This document shows, in pieces, positions 32,390 to 42,200 of a stretch of DNA of 64,000 nucleotides (within the stretch, counting starts at the first letter, position 1; every line of letters starts with the position of its first letter). A program made the position numbers and the translations under genes. Origin of the DNA: Planctomycetota bacterium (GTDB lineage: Bacteria; Planctomycetota; UBA8108; SXIK01); NCBI GenBank assembly GCA_965223265.1, contig OZ244999.1:3584001-3648000 (forward strand), in the 5' to 3' direction. The notes under the pieces were generated by a model, which saw nothing but the letters and a program-made list of their open reading frames with translations, had not been told where the DNA came from and did not search any database.

Positions 32390-34909
32390 TCAATGGTTGA
32401 AGAGGAATTCCTTCGTGCTCACGAGGCTCCAATAGATGTCCTCGAGCGTTGCTCGCCGCTCACCCGGCGACACGCCACCCAGGACCTTGAGCAGTCCTTC
32501 TGCCTCAGCGGCACGGGGAAAGCGGCTCAATGTACGCAGAAACGCATCTTCGACGATTTCCTTGTCGCTAACGCCCGACTCGAGAACCTTGGAGAGGTAG
32601 TTCTCTGTCGCTCCGAGCTTGTCATTGAGCGTCGATCCGTTCGTGATATGGAGGACTTGCGACACACTGGGCTCAGCCGTGCGCTCACACTCGCACGTTT
32701 GCTCGCGTGCAGGCCGACCGAAGCTCTGTAGGAAATACGAAGCCACGTTCGAGTCGGGGAGCTGCATAGCGCGCCATCCCGAAGCGTAGCCGGCAAAAGG
32801 CGTCGGCACACCGGTGACTTGAGAGAAGGCATCGAGGAGGACCTCTGCACGAAGCCGTCGCGGGTAGTACCGCGAGTAAAACCGTTCGTCGTCGCTGTTC
32901 CGCGCAGTTGCTCGACTCGAGCGCTGATAGGTGTTCGACTGAAGAATCAGACGCATGAGCGCCTTCAAGTCAAAGTCTTGCTCCACAAGATATCCGGCAA
33001 GTTCGTCCAGCAGTCTCGGATTGCTCGGTGGGTTGGTGACACGAAGATCGTCGACCGCCTCGACGATGCCAACGCCCATGAAGTTGGCCCAAACACGGTT
33101 GGTGACGGCACGGCTGAAGTATGGGTTGGACGCATCGACCATCCAGTCAGCGAGCGTCAACCTACGGTCAGCGGTTGCCTTGAACGAAACGGGAATCCCG
33201 TCGAGCGGACGTGGTGGCTGCGCTCGACCCGTCAGCGGCTGGATCAACTCACCCTCGGTAGAGCTGAAAACGATCCTCTCTCCGTTTTTGGTGCCGCTCT
33301 TCGTGCGGACGCGGGCGAAGAGGTTCGCCATGCCGTAGTACTGATCGTTCGTCCACTTTTCGAGCGGATGGTTGTGACACTTCGCGCAGCCGATCGAAAG
33401 CCCCATAAAGGCTTGCGAGCTGGTCTCAGCCATGTCGCGCGGATCTTGGTGAAGGACATAGAAATTCGCGCCACCGTTTTCGAGCGTACTTCCCGAGGAA
33501 ACAAGGAGAGAATGAACCATCTCATCCCAGGGAGTGTTGGCTTCAACGTGGTTGCGGATCCACTTGTAGAATGACCACATCCCCTCGGTACGTAGCTTCC
33601 GACTGGTGACCAAGAGCAGATCTGACCACTTGTAGGTCCAGTAGTCTATGAACTCCGGGCGGGCAAGAAGCTCGTCAATGAGCGCGTCACGTTTCTCCTG
33701 CGAAGCGATTTCGGAGGTCAGAAATCGGCGCGCCTCGTCCGCGGTCGGCAGCACACCGATCGTGTCGACGAACGCGCGTCGGAGAAACTCCTCGTCGGAG
33801 GACCGCGCCGACGGCGGCACGCGGAGCGAGCTCAGTTTCTCGAGCACCAACGCATCGATCAGATTGCGCTGCGGCGATGCCGTGATCTCCTCGGACGAAA
33901 CATCGTGTTCGTAGGGTACGGTCACTGTCGCGATCGCAATGCGGCTCGAATACCAGACAGTGATGGCGCACTCGCCGTGACCGCGCACGACGACATGCCC
34001 ATGCTCGTCGGCCTCGGCTACTGCTGTCGATGTTGCCGTGTACTTAGCCCAACGCGTCACATCCTCAACGCGGCCGGTGCTGTAGTGTGCCAAGACAACG
34101 AGTGGCTGCTCTGCGCCGGGCTGCAGCGTGACGCCGCGCGGCAGCACTTCGATCCGCACGATGCTCGGGTCGTTGGCAGCAGGCCCCGGCGTGCCAGCGG
34201 CGATCCATCCAGAGAGCACCCGATACTCCTTCGACCCTTCCTCGATCTTCTGTCCACCTTTGTGAGGCAGCGCGGTGGTCGGTTTCAGGAGGAGCAAACT
34301 TCGCCCCGGATCCGATGGCTCGATACGTCGGCCTTGCGCCTGCCTGGTGATTTGGTCGAAGTCGCCTGCCGGGAAGTGGCCGCGAAGCGACAACTTGAAG
34401 CCTTTCTGACCGGCGGCTGCACCGTGACACGCCCCGGAATTGCAATCTGCTTTTGACAGCACTGGTAGTACGTGGTGGCGAAAGCTCCATTCAAAGGGAC
34501 GATCGAATCCCGTCACGCGTGCCGGCACCGACGCAGTTGACCCGCCGACCTTGACGCTGATGGTAGCCTCCCCATCACCCGTAGCGACTGCGACGTCGCC
34601 ATCGATGCGGACCACCTGGGCATTGCTGCTCGACCATTCGGCACGATCGTGCAGAGACTCTTCGAGTCCGCCATCGTGTACGCTCTGAACGAGAAGGCGC
34701 TGCGTCCCCTCACGGCCGAAAAGGAGGACCTCCTCCGGCAGGACTGCAACGGTCGACGTCCCCGCGTTCACCGCGTTGACCGAACGTCCTAGCAGGCTCG
34801 TTGGCAAGATCAAAGCGATGAGTGACAAAATCAGTACGCCGCGGCAAGTCGACGACGAGGGGCAAGTGTTCATATCGGTGTGAGGATTGAAGGTCTTCAT
34901 CTGGGTCAA
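32390..34909 (-). CDS. DUF1549/DUF1553 protein with Ig-like (Big_2) domains
   Basis: CNSGACHG, GFKLSLRG, GCAKCHNHP, FGRPAR...CECER, terminal EFLFNH. Start uncertain by a few codons. Confidence 0.92.
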   Translation of the reverse strand: MTQMKTFNPHTDMNTCPSSSTCRGVLILSLIALILPTSLLGRSVNAVNAGTSTVAVLPEEVLLFGREGTQRLLVQSVHDGGLEESLHDRAEWSSSNAQVVRIDGDVAVATGDGEATISVKVGGSTASVPARVTGFDRPFEWSFRHHVLPVLSKADCNSGACHGAAAGQKGFKLSLRGHFPAGDFDQITRQAQGRRIEPSDPGRSLLLLKPTTALPHKGGQKIEEGSKEYRVLSGWIAAGTPGPAANDPSIVRIEVLPRGVTLQPGAEQPLVVLAHYSTGRVEDVTRWAKYTATSTAVAEADEHGHVVVRGHGECAITVWYSSRIAIATVTVPYEHDVSSEEITASPQRNLIDALVLEKLSSLRVPPSARSSDEEFLRRAFVDTIGVLPTADEARRFLTSEIASQEKRDALIDELLARPEFIDYWTYKWSDLLLVTSRKLRTEGMWSFYKWIRNHVEANTPWDEMVHSLLVSSGSTLENGGANFYVLHQDPRDMAETSSQAFMGLSIGCAKCHNHPLEKWTNDQYYGMANLFARVRTKSGTKNGERIVFSSTEGELIQPLTGRAQPPRPLDGIPVSFKATADRRLTLADWMVDASNPYFSRAVTNRVWANFMGVGIVEAVDDLRVTNPPSNPRLLDELAGYLVEQDFDLKALMRLILQSNTYQRSSRATARNSDDERFYSRYYPRRLRAEVLLDAFSQVTGVPTPFAGYASGWRAMQLPDSNVASYFLQSFGRPAREQTCECERTAEPSVSQVLHITNGSTLNDKLGATENYLSKVLESGVSDKEIVEDAFLRTLSRFPRAAEAEGLLKVLGGVSPGERRATLEDIYWSLVSTKEFLFNH

Positions 34910-35079
34910 CGGGCTGTCAAACGACGCGTGATGTCAGAGGAGCGAAACGGGGAAAAAATCGCGCTACCAAGCGGGCAACCGAAACTGTACGCAAAACGAC
35001 CGCCGCTCAGCCGGCTGAGCAGCAGCCAGTCGTCGTCGCAGCGCGCCGGAACCATGAAGGACCGACGCCAAGGCAACGA

Positions 35080-36456
35080 CTAGAACAGCTCCTTAATCTC
35101 CTCGTGGCCATAGTCGACCAGCGGAAACGGTCGTGACTGCGGCCCCGGAAGAGTCGTTTCAAGATCGAGCCCGAGGCTGCGGTACACCGTCGCGACGACC
35201 TCAGGTGGGCCGACCGGGCGCTCGGCCGGGTAAGCGCCGATCTCGTCGCTGCGTCCGACAACGCGGCCGCCTTGGACGCCGCCACCGGCGAAGTACATCG
35301 TCCAGCACTGCGGCCAGTGGTCACGTCCGCCCGCTGGGTTGACCTTCGGCGTGCGGCCGAATTCCGCCAGGTTGCAGACGAGAGTCTTGTCGAGCAGGCC
35401 GCGATCAACGAGGTCTTCGAGCAAGGCGCCGTAGCCTTTGTCGTACGCCGGCGCGACAATCCGCTTCATGCCTTCGATCGAGGTGAATGGTCGCGAACCG
35501 TGAATGTCCCAAGTGATTTCGTTGAACACTGTGATGAACGTGTTGATCGTGACGAACCTCACCCCAGCCTCGATAAGACGACGCGCAAGAAGGCAGCACT
35601 GACCGAAGCGCGAATGGCCATACTTTTCACGCACCTTCGGCGGTTCTTGACTGAGGTCGAACGCGGCGCGCGCCTTCGCACTCGTCATGAGGCGAAACGC
35701 TGCCTCAAAGTTCGTGTCCATCAGCTTCGCGTTCTCGCTCGCCTCGAAGCTTTTGACGGTGTCGTCAACGATGCTTCGAAGTTGACGTCGGCGCGCCAAG
35801 CGCGCATCGCCGATCTTCTCGGGCGGCAAAAGATCTGGCACCTTGAAGTTCGGTGACGACGGATCGGCGTTGAGGACGAAGGGGTCGTATGCTTTGCCGA
35901 GAAACCCACCGTCCTGTCCATGCGGCATGCCGCCGCCGGTTGGCCCCATGGGCTCGGGCAAAAGAACATGCGCCGGCAAGTCGGTCTTGCGGCCACGCAG
36001 ATAGGCTAACGCACATCCGGCATGCGGCGAGTTGATCCCGCCGGTAAAAAGCCGCCCGGTTTGCATCATCTGATGGCCGGTATCGTGAACCGCTGCCGCG
36101 GAGTGATAGCAAGAGCGCACGAGTGAGAATTTGTCGGCGTGCTTGGCGTGCTCTGGAAAGATCTCCGAGATCTGAATGTCGGGATTGTTCGTCTTGATCG
36201 GCTTGAATGGCCCACGCACCTCTCTTGGGGCATCAGGCTTCATGTCCCAAGTGTCCATCTGACTCGGCGCCCCGAGGTTGAAAATCATGATGACGGACCG
36301 GTCGTCATGACCGGAGTCGACGGCGCCTTGAGCCCGGAGGGCTTCCATTTGAGCCAGAGAGAATCCGAGCGCCCCGAGGGTGCCCACCTGCAGAAAGTCG
36401 CGACGGGTCAAGCCGTCGCAGGTCCGCGTATAGCCAGCGCCGCTAACGTCTAACAT
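35080..36456 (-). CDS. DUF1501 domain protein (Tat-exported)
   Basis: CDGLTRRDFLQVG; GAPSQMDTWDMKP, WDIH, EFGRTP, GRDHW. Confidence 0.93.
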   Translation of the reverse strand: MLDVSGAGYTRTCDGLTRRDFLQVGTLGALGFSLAQMEALRAQGAVDSGHDDRSVIMIFNLGAPSQMDTWDMKPDAPREVRGPFKPIKTNNPDIQISEIFPEHAKHADKFSLVRSCYHSAAAVHDTGHQMMQTGRLFTGGINSPHAGCALAYLRGRKTDLPAHVLLPEPMGPTGGGMPHGQDGGFLGKAYDPFVLNADPSSPNFKVPDLLPPEKIGDARLARRRQLRSIVDDTVKSFEASENAKLMDTNFEAAFRLMTSAKARAAFDLSQEPPKVREKYGHSRFGQCCLLARRLIEAGVRFVTINTFITVFNEITWDIHGSRPFTSIEGMKRIVAPAYDKGYGALLEDLVDRGLLDKTLVCNLAEFGRTPKVNPAGGRDHWPQCWTMYFAGGGVQGGRVVGRSDEIGAYPAERPVGPPEVVATVYRSLGLDLETTLPGPQSRPFPLVDYGHEEIKELF

Positions 36457-36648
36457 GATGGTTCCACGAATTTTAAGACCGCGGTTCGTTTGAACGGATC
36501 AGCACCACGAGCCTCGGTGGGCCAGCGCCCGACCGCAGGCTCTCTCCAGGCTAACAGAACGCCTGACGCTTGAAAACCTCGTCATCGCAACGAATCCGCG
36601 CGCTGAACCTGTGGCGGACAAATCGGCGCCGCTCTCTTCGCGCTGCGT

Positions 36649-37839
36649 TCAGGAAACCGCCTTGATGGCGCTGGCGAGACGGTCAATGTTCGCCTCAGTG
36701 ATACCGGCGACGTTGATGCGGCCAGAGCCGACGATATAGATTGCGTGCTCGTCGCGCAGCCTCTGAACCTGATCCTTCGTCAGACCAGAGAAGGAAAACA
36801 TGCCCTTCTGAGCCGTGATGAAAGCGTAGTCGCCAGGCACGCCGGCTGCAGCGAGGCGCTCGACGAGAAGGCTGCGCATGCCGTTGATTCGACTGCGCAT
36901 AGCGGCGAGCTCCTCTTCCCACTGCGCTCGCAATTGCGCGTCGTCGAGAACGGTCGTCACAATCGAGCCACCGTGGGCCGGCGGATTCGAGTAATTCGCT
37001 CGGATGCGCACCTTGATCTGGCTCAAGACTGATCCAGCGGCACTGCTGTCACCGGCGACGACGCTGAGGGCACCGACGCGTTCGTTGTAGAGACCAAAGT
37101 TTTTCGAAAAGCTACTCGCAACGAGAAACTCGGGAACGGTTTCGGCGATGGCGCGCAGCCCCGCCGCGTCGGCGGCGAGATCCTCGGCAAAGCCTTGATA
37201 CGCGAAGTCTACAAGCGGCGTGACACCGCGCGCCTTGAGAATCGCGGCGATTTCGTGCCACTGGTCGACGCTCGGGTCGACGCCCGTGGGGTTGTGACAG
37301 CAGCCGTGCAGCAGCACCACGTCACCCGTAGGAATCGATTCAAGTGCGCTCTTCAAACTTGCGAAGTCGAGCGCGTTGGATGCGGCATCGAAGTAGGGGT
37401 AGGTCTTCAGGTTCACCCCAGCCGCCTTAAAAACCTGCGGATGATTCGCCCACGTCGGCTCGCTGAGCCACAGCGTCGCTTGTGGATGGACGGTGTGCAG
37501 GTAGTCGCCAGCGACGCGTAGGGCACCCGTGCCGCCGGGGGTATGAGCGCTGACAGCGCGCCCCGACTCGATGACAGGATGTCCGGGCGCGAAAAGGAGG
37601 CGCAAGACGTGTGCCGCGAACTGCGGGCTGCCATCGATTGGGCGATAGCCCTTTGAACTCTCCTCGGCGAGCAGTCTCTTCTCCGCCTCTTTGACACACT
37701 CGAGGATTGGAGTGTTGCCGCTCGCATCCTTGTAAACGCCAACGCTTAGGTTGATCTTCTCGGGATTGGGGTCGCCACGAAAGGCCTCGGTGAGTCCAAG
37801 AATCGGGTCCGGAGGGGCGGACTGAACCTTCTCAAACAT
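36649..37839 (-). CDS. aspC: Aspartate/aromatic amino acid aminotransferase (class I PLP)
   Basis: PPDPILGL, KINLSVGVYKD, GGTGAL, HGCCHNPTG, DFAYQGF, SFSKNFGLYNERVG. AspC and TyrB cannot be distinguished by eye. Confidence 0.93.
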   Translation of the reverse strand: MFEKVQSAPPDPILGLTEAFRGDPNPEKINLSVGVYKDASGNTPILECVKEAEKRLLAEESSKGYRPIDGSPQFAAHVLRLLFAPGHPVIESGRAVSAHTPGGTGALRVAGDYLHTVHPQATLWLSEPTWANHPQVFKAAGVNLKTYPYFDAASNALDFASLKSALESIPTGDVVLLHGCCHNPTGVDPSVDQWHEIAAILKARGVTPLVDFAYQGFAEDLAADAAGLRAIAETVPEFLVASSFSKNFGLYNERVGALSVVAGDSSAAGSVLSQIKVRIRANYSNPPAHGGSIVTTVLDDAQLRAQWEEELAAMRSRINGMRSLLVERLAAAGVPGDYAFITAQKGMFSFSGLTKDQVQRLRDEHAIYIVGSGRINVAGITEANIDRLASAIKAVS

Positions 37840-38071
37840 GATTGCAGTTCCGTGCGGTTCTCTCAGGGCCAAAGTTCGAAATCCAACACACTCGTCGGCT
37901 ACCACAGAGTAGGCCGCAGAGAAACTTACGGAATGCACGGAGGGAAGGGAAGCAAATTCGCCTGCCCTTTGAGAAGTCGAGAAAGGCTTGAAATCTCCCG
38001 CCGCCGCTGTCTATTTGTTGCGGACGCCCCCACAGCCGACTGCGGACTGACAACCGTCAAAGGAGAATTCC

Positions 38072-39148
38072 ATGCAAGATGCCGAGCGCGGCTTTCTGTT
38101 CGACCTCCTCAGAACGCCGAGCCCCTCCGGCTTCGAGATGGCTGGGCAACGGGCATGGGCCAAGTACGTCGGCCAGCACGCCGACCGCGTCGAGACCGAC
38201 GCGTACGGGACGACCTGGGCGACGCGCGACGCAGCGCAGCCGGATGCAGCTCCAACCGTGATGCTCGAGGCGCACGCCGACGAGATCGGCTTCATGGTCA
38301 ACTTCGTCAGTGACGAGGGGTTCATTCACGTCACCCGCATCGGTGGTTCCGACCGGGCCATAGCTCGAGGCAAACGGGTGCGTGTTCTCGGCGCAAAGGG
38401 CTCGGTGAACGGAGTGGTGGGGAATCTTGCAATCCACCTGCGGGAAGCGAAGAGCGATCGGATTCCCGAGTGGCACAAGATCTACATCGACGTGGGTGCG
38501 ACGAACCGCGAGGGCGTCGAGGAGATGGGGATTCGGGTCGGCAATCCTATCGTCTATGACGACGAGCCTCTCGAGCTTTCGAGTTCGCGGCTTATTGGGC
38601 GTGCGCTCGACAACCGGATCGGTGGATTCATCTTGGCCCAGGTCATGGCGAAACTTGCCGCAAAAGACCGCATAGCATCGACGGTGTATGCAGTCAACGC
38701 CGTACAAGAAGAGATCGGTGGTCACGGCGCCAAGATGATCGCCTACCGACTGCATCCAAGCGTCGCGGTGGTCCTCGACGTGACCCATGCGACGGACACA
38801 CCCGGCATCGAGAAGGGTAAGCACGGCGAAATCAAGCTGGGGGGAGGGCCATCGGTGACGCACGGCAGCTGCAATCACGCCAAGGTCGTCGAGCGGCTGA
38901 TTCAGGTCGCCGAAGCCGAAGAGATCCCGCTACAGCATGAGGCGGCATCGCTCTACACGGGAACCGATACCGACGACGTGTTCATAGCCCGCACGGGCGT
39001 GCCGAGCGCGCTGGTGTCACTGCCGATGCGCTACATGCACTCAACCGTCGAGATGGTCGACACCTCCGACATCGAAAACTGTGTCCGCCTCCTCGAGGCG
39101 TTCTCTCGTTCGGTGGAGAGTGCCGAGGCGTTCAATTTGAAGCTATAG
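38072..39148 (+). CDS. M42 family metallopeptidase
   Basis: AHADEIG, RALDNRIG, VQEEIG, LDVT, GTDTD, RYMHS; AAGGAG SD. Confidence 0.93.
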   Translation: MQDAERGFLFDLLRTPSPSGFEMAGQRAWAKYVGQHADRVETDAYGTTWATRDAAQPDAAPTVMLEAHADEIGFMVNFVSDEGFIHVTRIGGSDRAIARGKRVRVLGAKGSVNGVVGNLAIHLREAKSDRIPEWHKIYIDVGATNREGVEEMGIRVGNPIVYDDEPLELSSSRLIGRALDNRIGGFILAQVMAKLAAKDRIASTVYAVNAVQEEIGGHGAKMIAYRLHPSVAVVLDVTHATDTPGIEKGKHGEIKLGGGPSVTHGSCNHAKVVERLIQVAEAEEIPLQHEAASLYTGTDTDDVFIARTGVPSALVSLPMRYMHSTVEMVDTSDIENCVRLLEAFSRSVESAEAFNLKL

Positions 39149-39243
39149 CTTCCGCCTGCGTTTCGCACGGTCCCGGCCGACGTGGCGGCTTCGCCTCATG
39201 GCCTTGTTTCCAGGCTTTGGGTCGTTTAAATGCCACGGCGTTG

Positions 39244-42200
39244 CTACCTGGAGCGCCGGCGTCGCAGATCCTTCGGCTTCAGTCCAATTCGCTCGAAGCG
39301 GCGATAGACACTACGTGTTGTCGTGTTCAGCTCTTTCGCGATCGCGTCAAGGTCGCCGCCATGCTTCTCAAGCAAGAACTCGAGATATGATTCTTCGACA
39401 CCACGCTGGACTTCGTCGTAGGAGTGGTTGACAAAAATCCCGGTGTCGATCAATCGCGGCGTGTCACCTCCTCCCAACAGCTCGCGGACTGCTGCGACAG
39501 ACGGCACATCATTCTGTTCGAGATAGAGGCGTCTCAAAACGGCGACGAGCTCGCGCACGTTTCCCGGCCACGTGTGTTCGCCGAGTGCGTCGACCGTTGC
39601 CCGCGGCAAGGCGCGCTGGCTGCCGCTAAGCTCAGCCCAAAAGTGACGCACCAGAGCGGGCAGATCACCGCTTCGTTCACGCAAGGGAGGAACGTGTACA
39701 CGCCCGACGTTCAGCCGGTAAAAGAGGTCACGGCGAAACTCGCCTCGTTCAACCAGTGCTTCGATGTCGCGATGCGTCGACGCCACGAGACGGATATCGA
39801 GTGGTTTCTTCGCGACGGCGCCGAGCGGACGCACCGCATGCTCTTCGACCACGCGTAGTAGGCTCTGCTGCAGGTCGATCGGCAGATCGCAGACCTCCTC
39901 GAGGTGAAATGTGCCACCGTCGGCGCGAAAAAGAAAGCCTGTGCGCGTCGTGTCGGCACCCGTGAAAGCGCCGCGCTGATAACCAAAGAGATCCGCCTCG
40001 AACAGCTTCGTCGGGATAGCGCTTGCGTTCTGCGACACATAGGGCGCGTTCGATCGCGGACTGAGCGTGTGCAGGATGCGAGCGAGGTGATCTTTCCCTG
40101 TACCGGATTCACCTGTTATGAGTATGGGCACGTCGGAGCGAGCAAGTTTTTCGACAAGGCGGAGCACCTTACGCGCTGCACGGCTCCGCGCCACGAACCC
40201 ATGAGCTTCGAAGTGGCGCACAAGATTCGGTGTCGTCCAGTCGTCGCTGGTCAGTGCCTGCGTCTCGCGCTGCGATGCACCGCTGCGACTGTCAGCGAGA
40301 AGCGCCGTCGGCGCATCCTTCTCCGTGCTGCGCTGCGAATGACCGAATGGAACCTCTCCCGTGATTCCCGTGCCGGCCAATCGTACCGCGTCGAACACCG
40401 CGGTAACAAACGCCCTGTCGGCGTCGGAAAGCTTGGCACCTGCAGCCGCTTCCACCTGCAGCTCGACGGACTGAGTCGTTCCCTCCTCGGCGCGCGAAAG
40501 GATTTCTGAGGCAACACCACGGCTCTTTGATGCAGGAGGCGCAGCGGCGGACCACTCGGCGCGGTTGTTCGGTGCGCTGGTCAGTAAGACGCGCGCTGCC
40601 GGAAGCGCCTGGCCGACCTCGGCGGTCACCGCCTGAAAGCGCTCAACGAGTGCAGCGGCGTCGTCGGCAAGCACCGACAGGATCTTCGTCAAGGCCTTGG
40701 TTGCGGCTGGACGCAGCGGCGCACTCGATGCAGGCTCTAGCAGCGTCAAACCGAAGCGCGCCCACAGCGTCCGTCGCCGATCCTTCGGTACACCTCGTTG
40801 CCTCTGCCATTCGTCGAGCCGGGCGAGAGAAGCCGCCGCGGCGCTTCGTTCGCCTCGAAGCTCGAGCACCGCAGTCTCGATAAGCAGAAGCTGCAATTGA
40901 CAACCAGGATCAGCGGTGAGACCGGCGTCGCCCGAAACACGTCGGAGCAGGGATCCGATCTGCTTCAGCGCCGCAGCGAGCTCGCCTGGACGCCGCAGCG
41001 CGGTGACCGCACTGAGCGCCGTCTCACGCGCCTCAAGCAGCGCCAGTCGCATACCCAAACGACGCGGTGTCAAGTCGTTGGAAACGAGCTTGTGCTGTTT
41101 CAGTCGTTCGAGATCGCGATGCACCGCCAGCCGCGCTCTCGATTTCGCCCCGCCTGATGCAACCAGTCGGAGGCGAAGATCGACACGACACAGACGAACT
41201 TCGAGTTCGCCAGCGACGATGCCGGAGTGAGAAAACGACTTTTCCGCCCGTGACAGCCACCTCTCCGCCACCTTCGAATCACCTCGCTCCAGCGCGGCGA
41301 GTGCAAGGAAATACCACGTCCAGCCGGCGTGAAACGAAGGCAACCGGCCGGCGTCTCGCTTGGCATCGTCGGCAGCTCGATGAGACACCTGCCGCTTGCC
41401 GCAGAGAGCCGCGAGCCAAGAGAGACGCGCACTGCGGAACGCGCGCAGCGGAGCGGACTCGCTACCCCGTCTGCGCGGGCGACGCAGCAACTCCTCCGCG
41501 GCCTCGTACTCGCAACCGTGAATGAGATCTTCAGCGAGATACGTGCGTGCGAAGAAGGGCAGGAAGCGATCGTCCTGCTCGTGCGACAGCTGCAGCACTT
41601 CACGCCAAAGGGAAGCTGAGTCGTGCCCGAGTAGATGGGCGTTGAGAGCCCGGCTGTAGAGACACGTCAGCTGGAGATACTTCGACTGCTTCACCGCAGC
41701 ACTCTTTTCAAGTGCGCTGAGGAGATCGATCGCCTTCTCGAACTCACCCTGCTTGGAGAGAATCTGAGCGATGTTGGCTCGGATGCTGGCCAGCGCGCCG
41801 ACGTCCTCGCGTTCGTTGGCGACGCGCTCGGCACGGCGAAAAAGCTTCAGCGCCTCGGACAGATCGCCGTTCAAGTGACGCGCAAGAGCGAGGTTGTTGA
41901 GCAAAACCGCCACGTTGCTCGAGGCGGCACCATGCTCTTCAGCGATGCGGAGTCCGGCCTCGAGATCCAACATCGCCTGTTTCAGTTCAAGGCGTCGAAT
42001 GTGGATCTGCCCGGCGGTGCTGAAGAGATCGACCGCAGCCTGGACGACCCCTCGACGCTGTTTCGGGTCGAGGGTTTCCCAGAGGCGCGACCCCGCGCGG
42101 GCGTGCTGTAGAGCCTCATCAACGCGACTGTGAAAATGATGGAGGAGGGCCAACTCGGCATGAGCCCGAAGCGATTCGTCAGGCACAGCTCGCTCGGGGT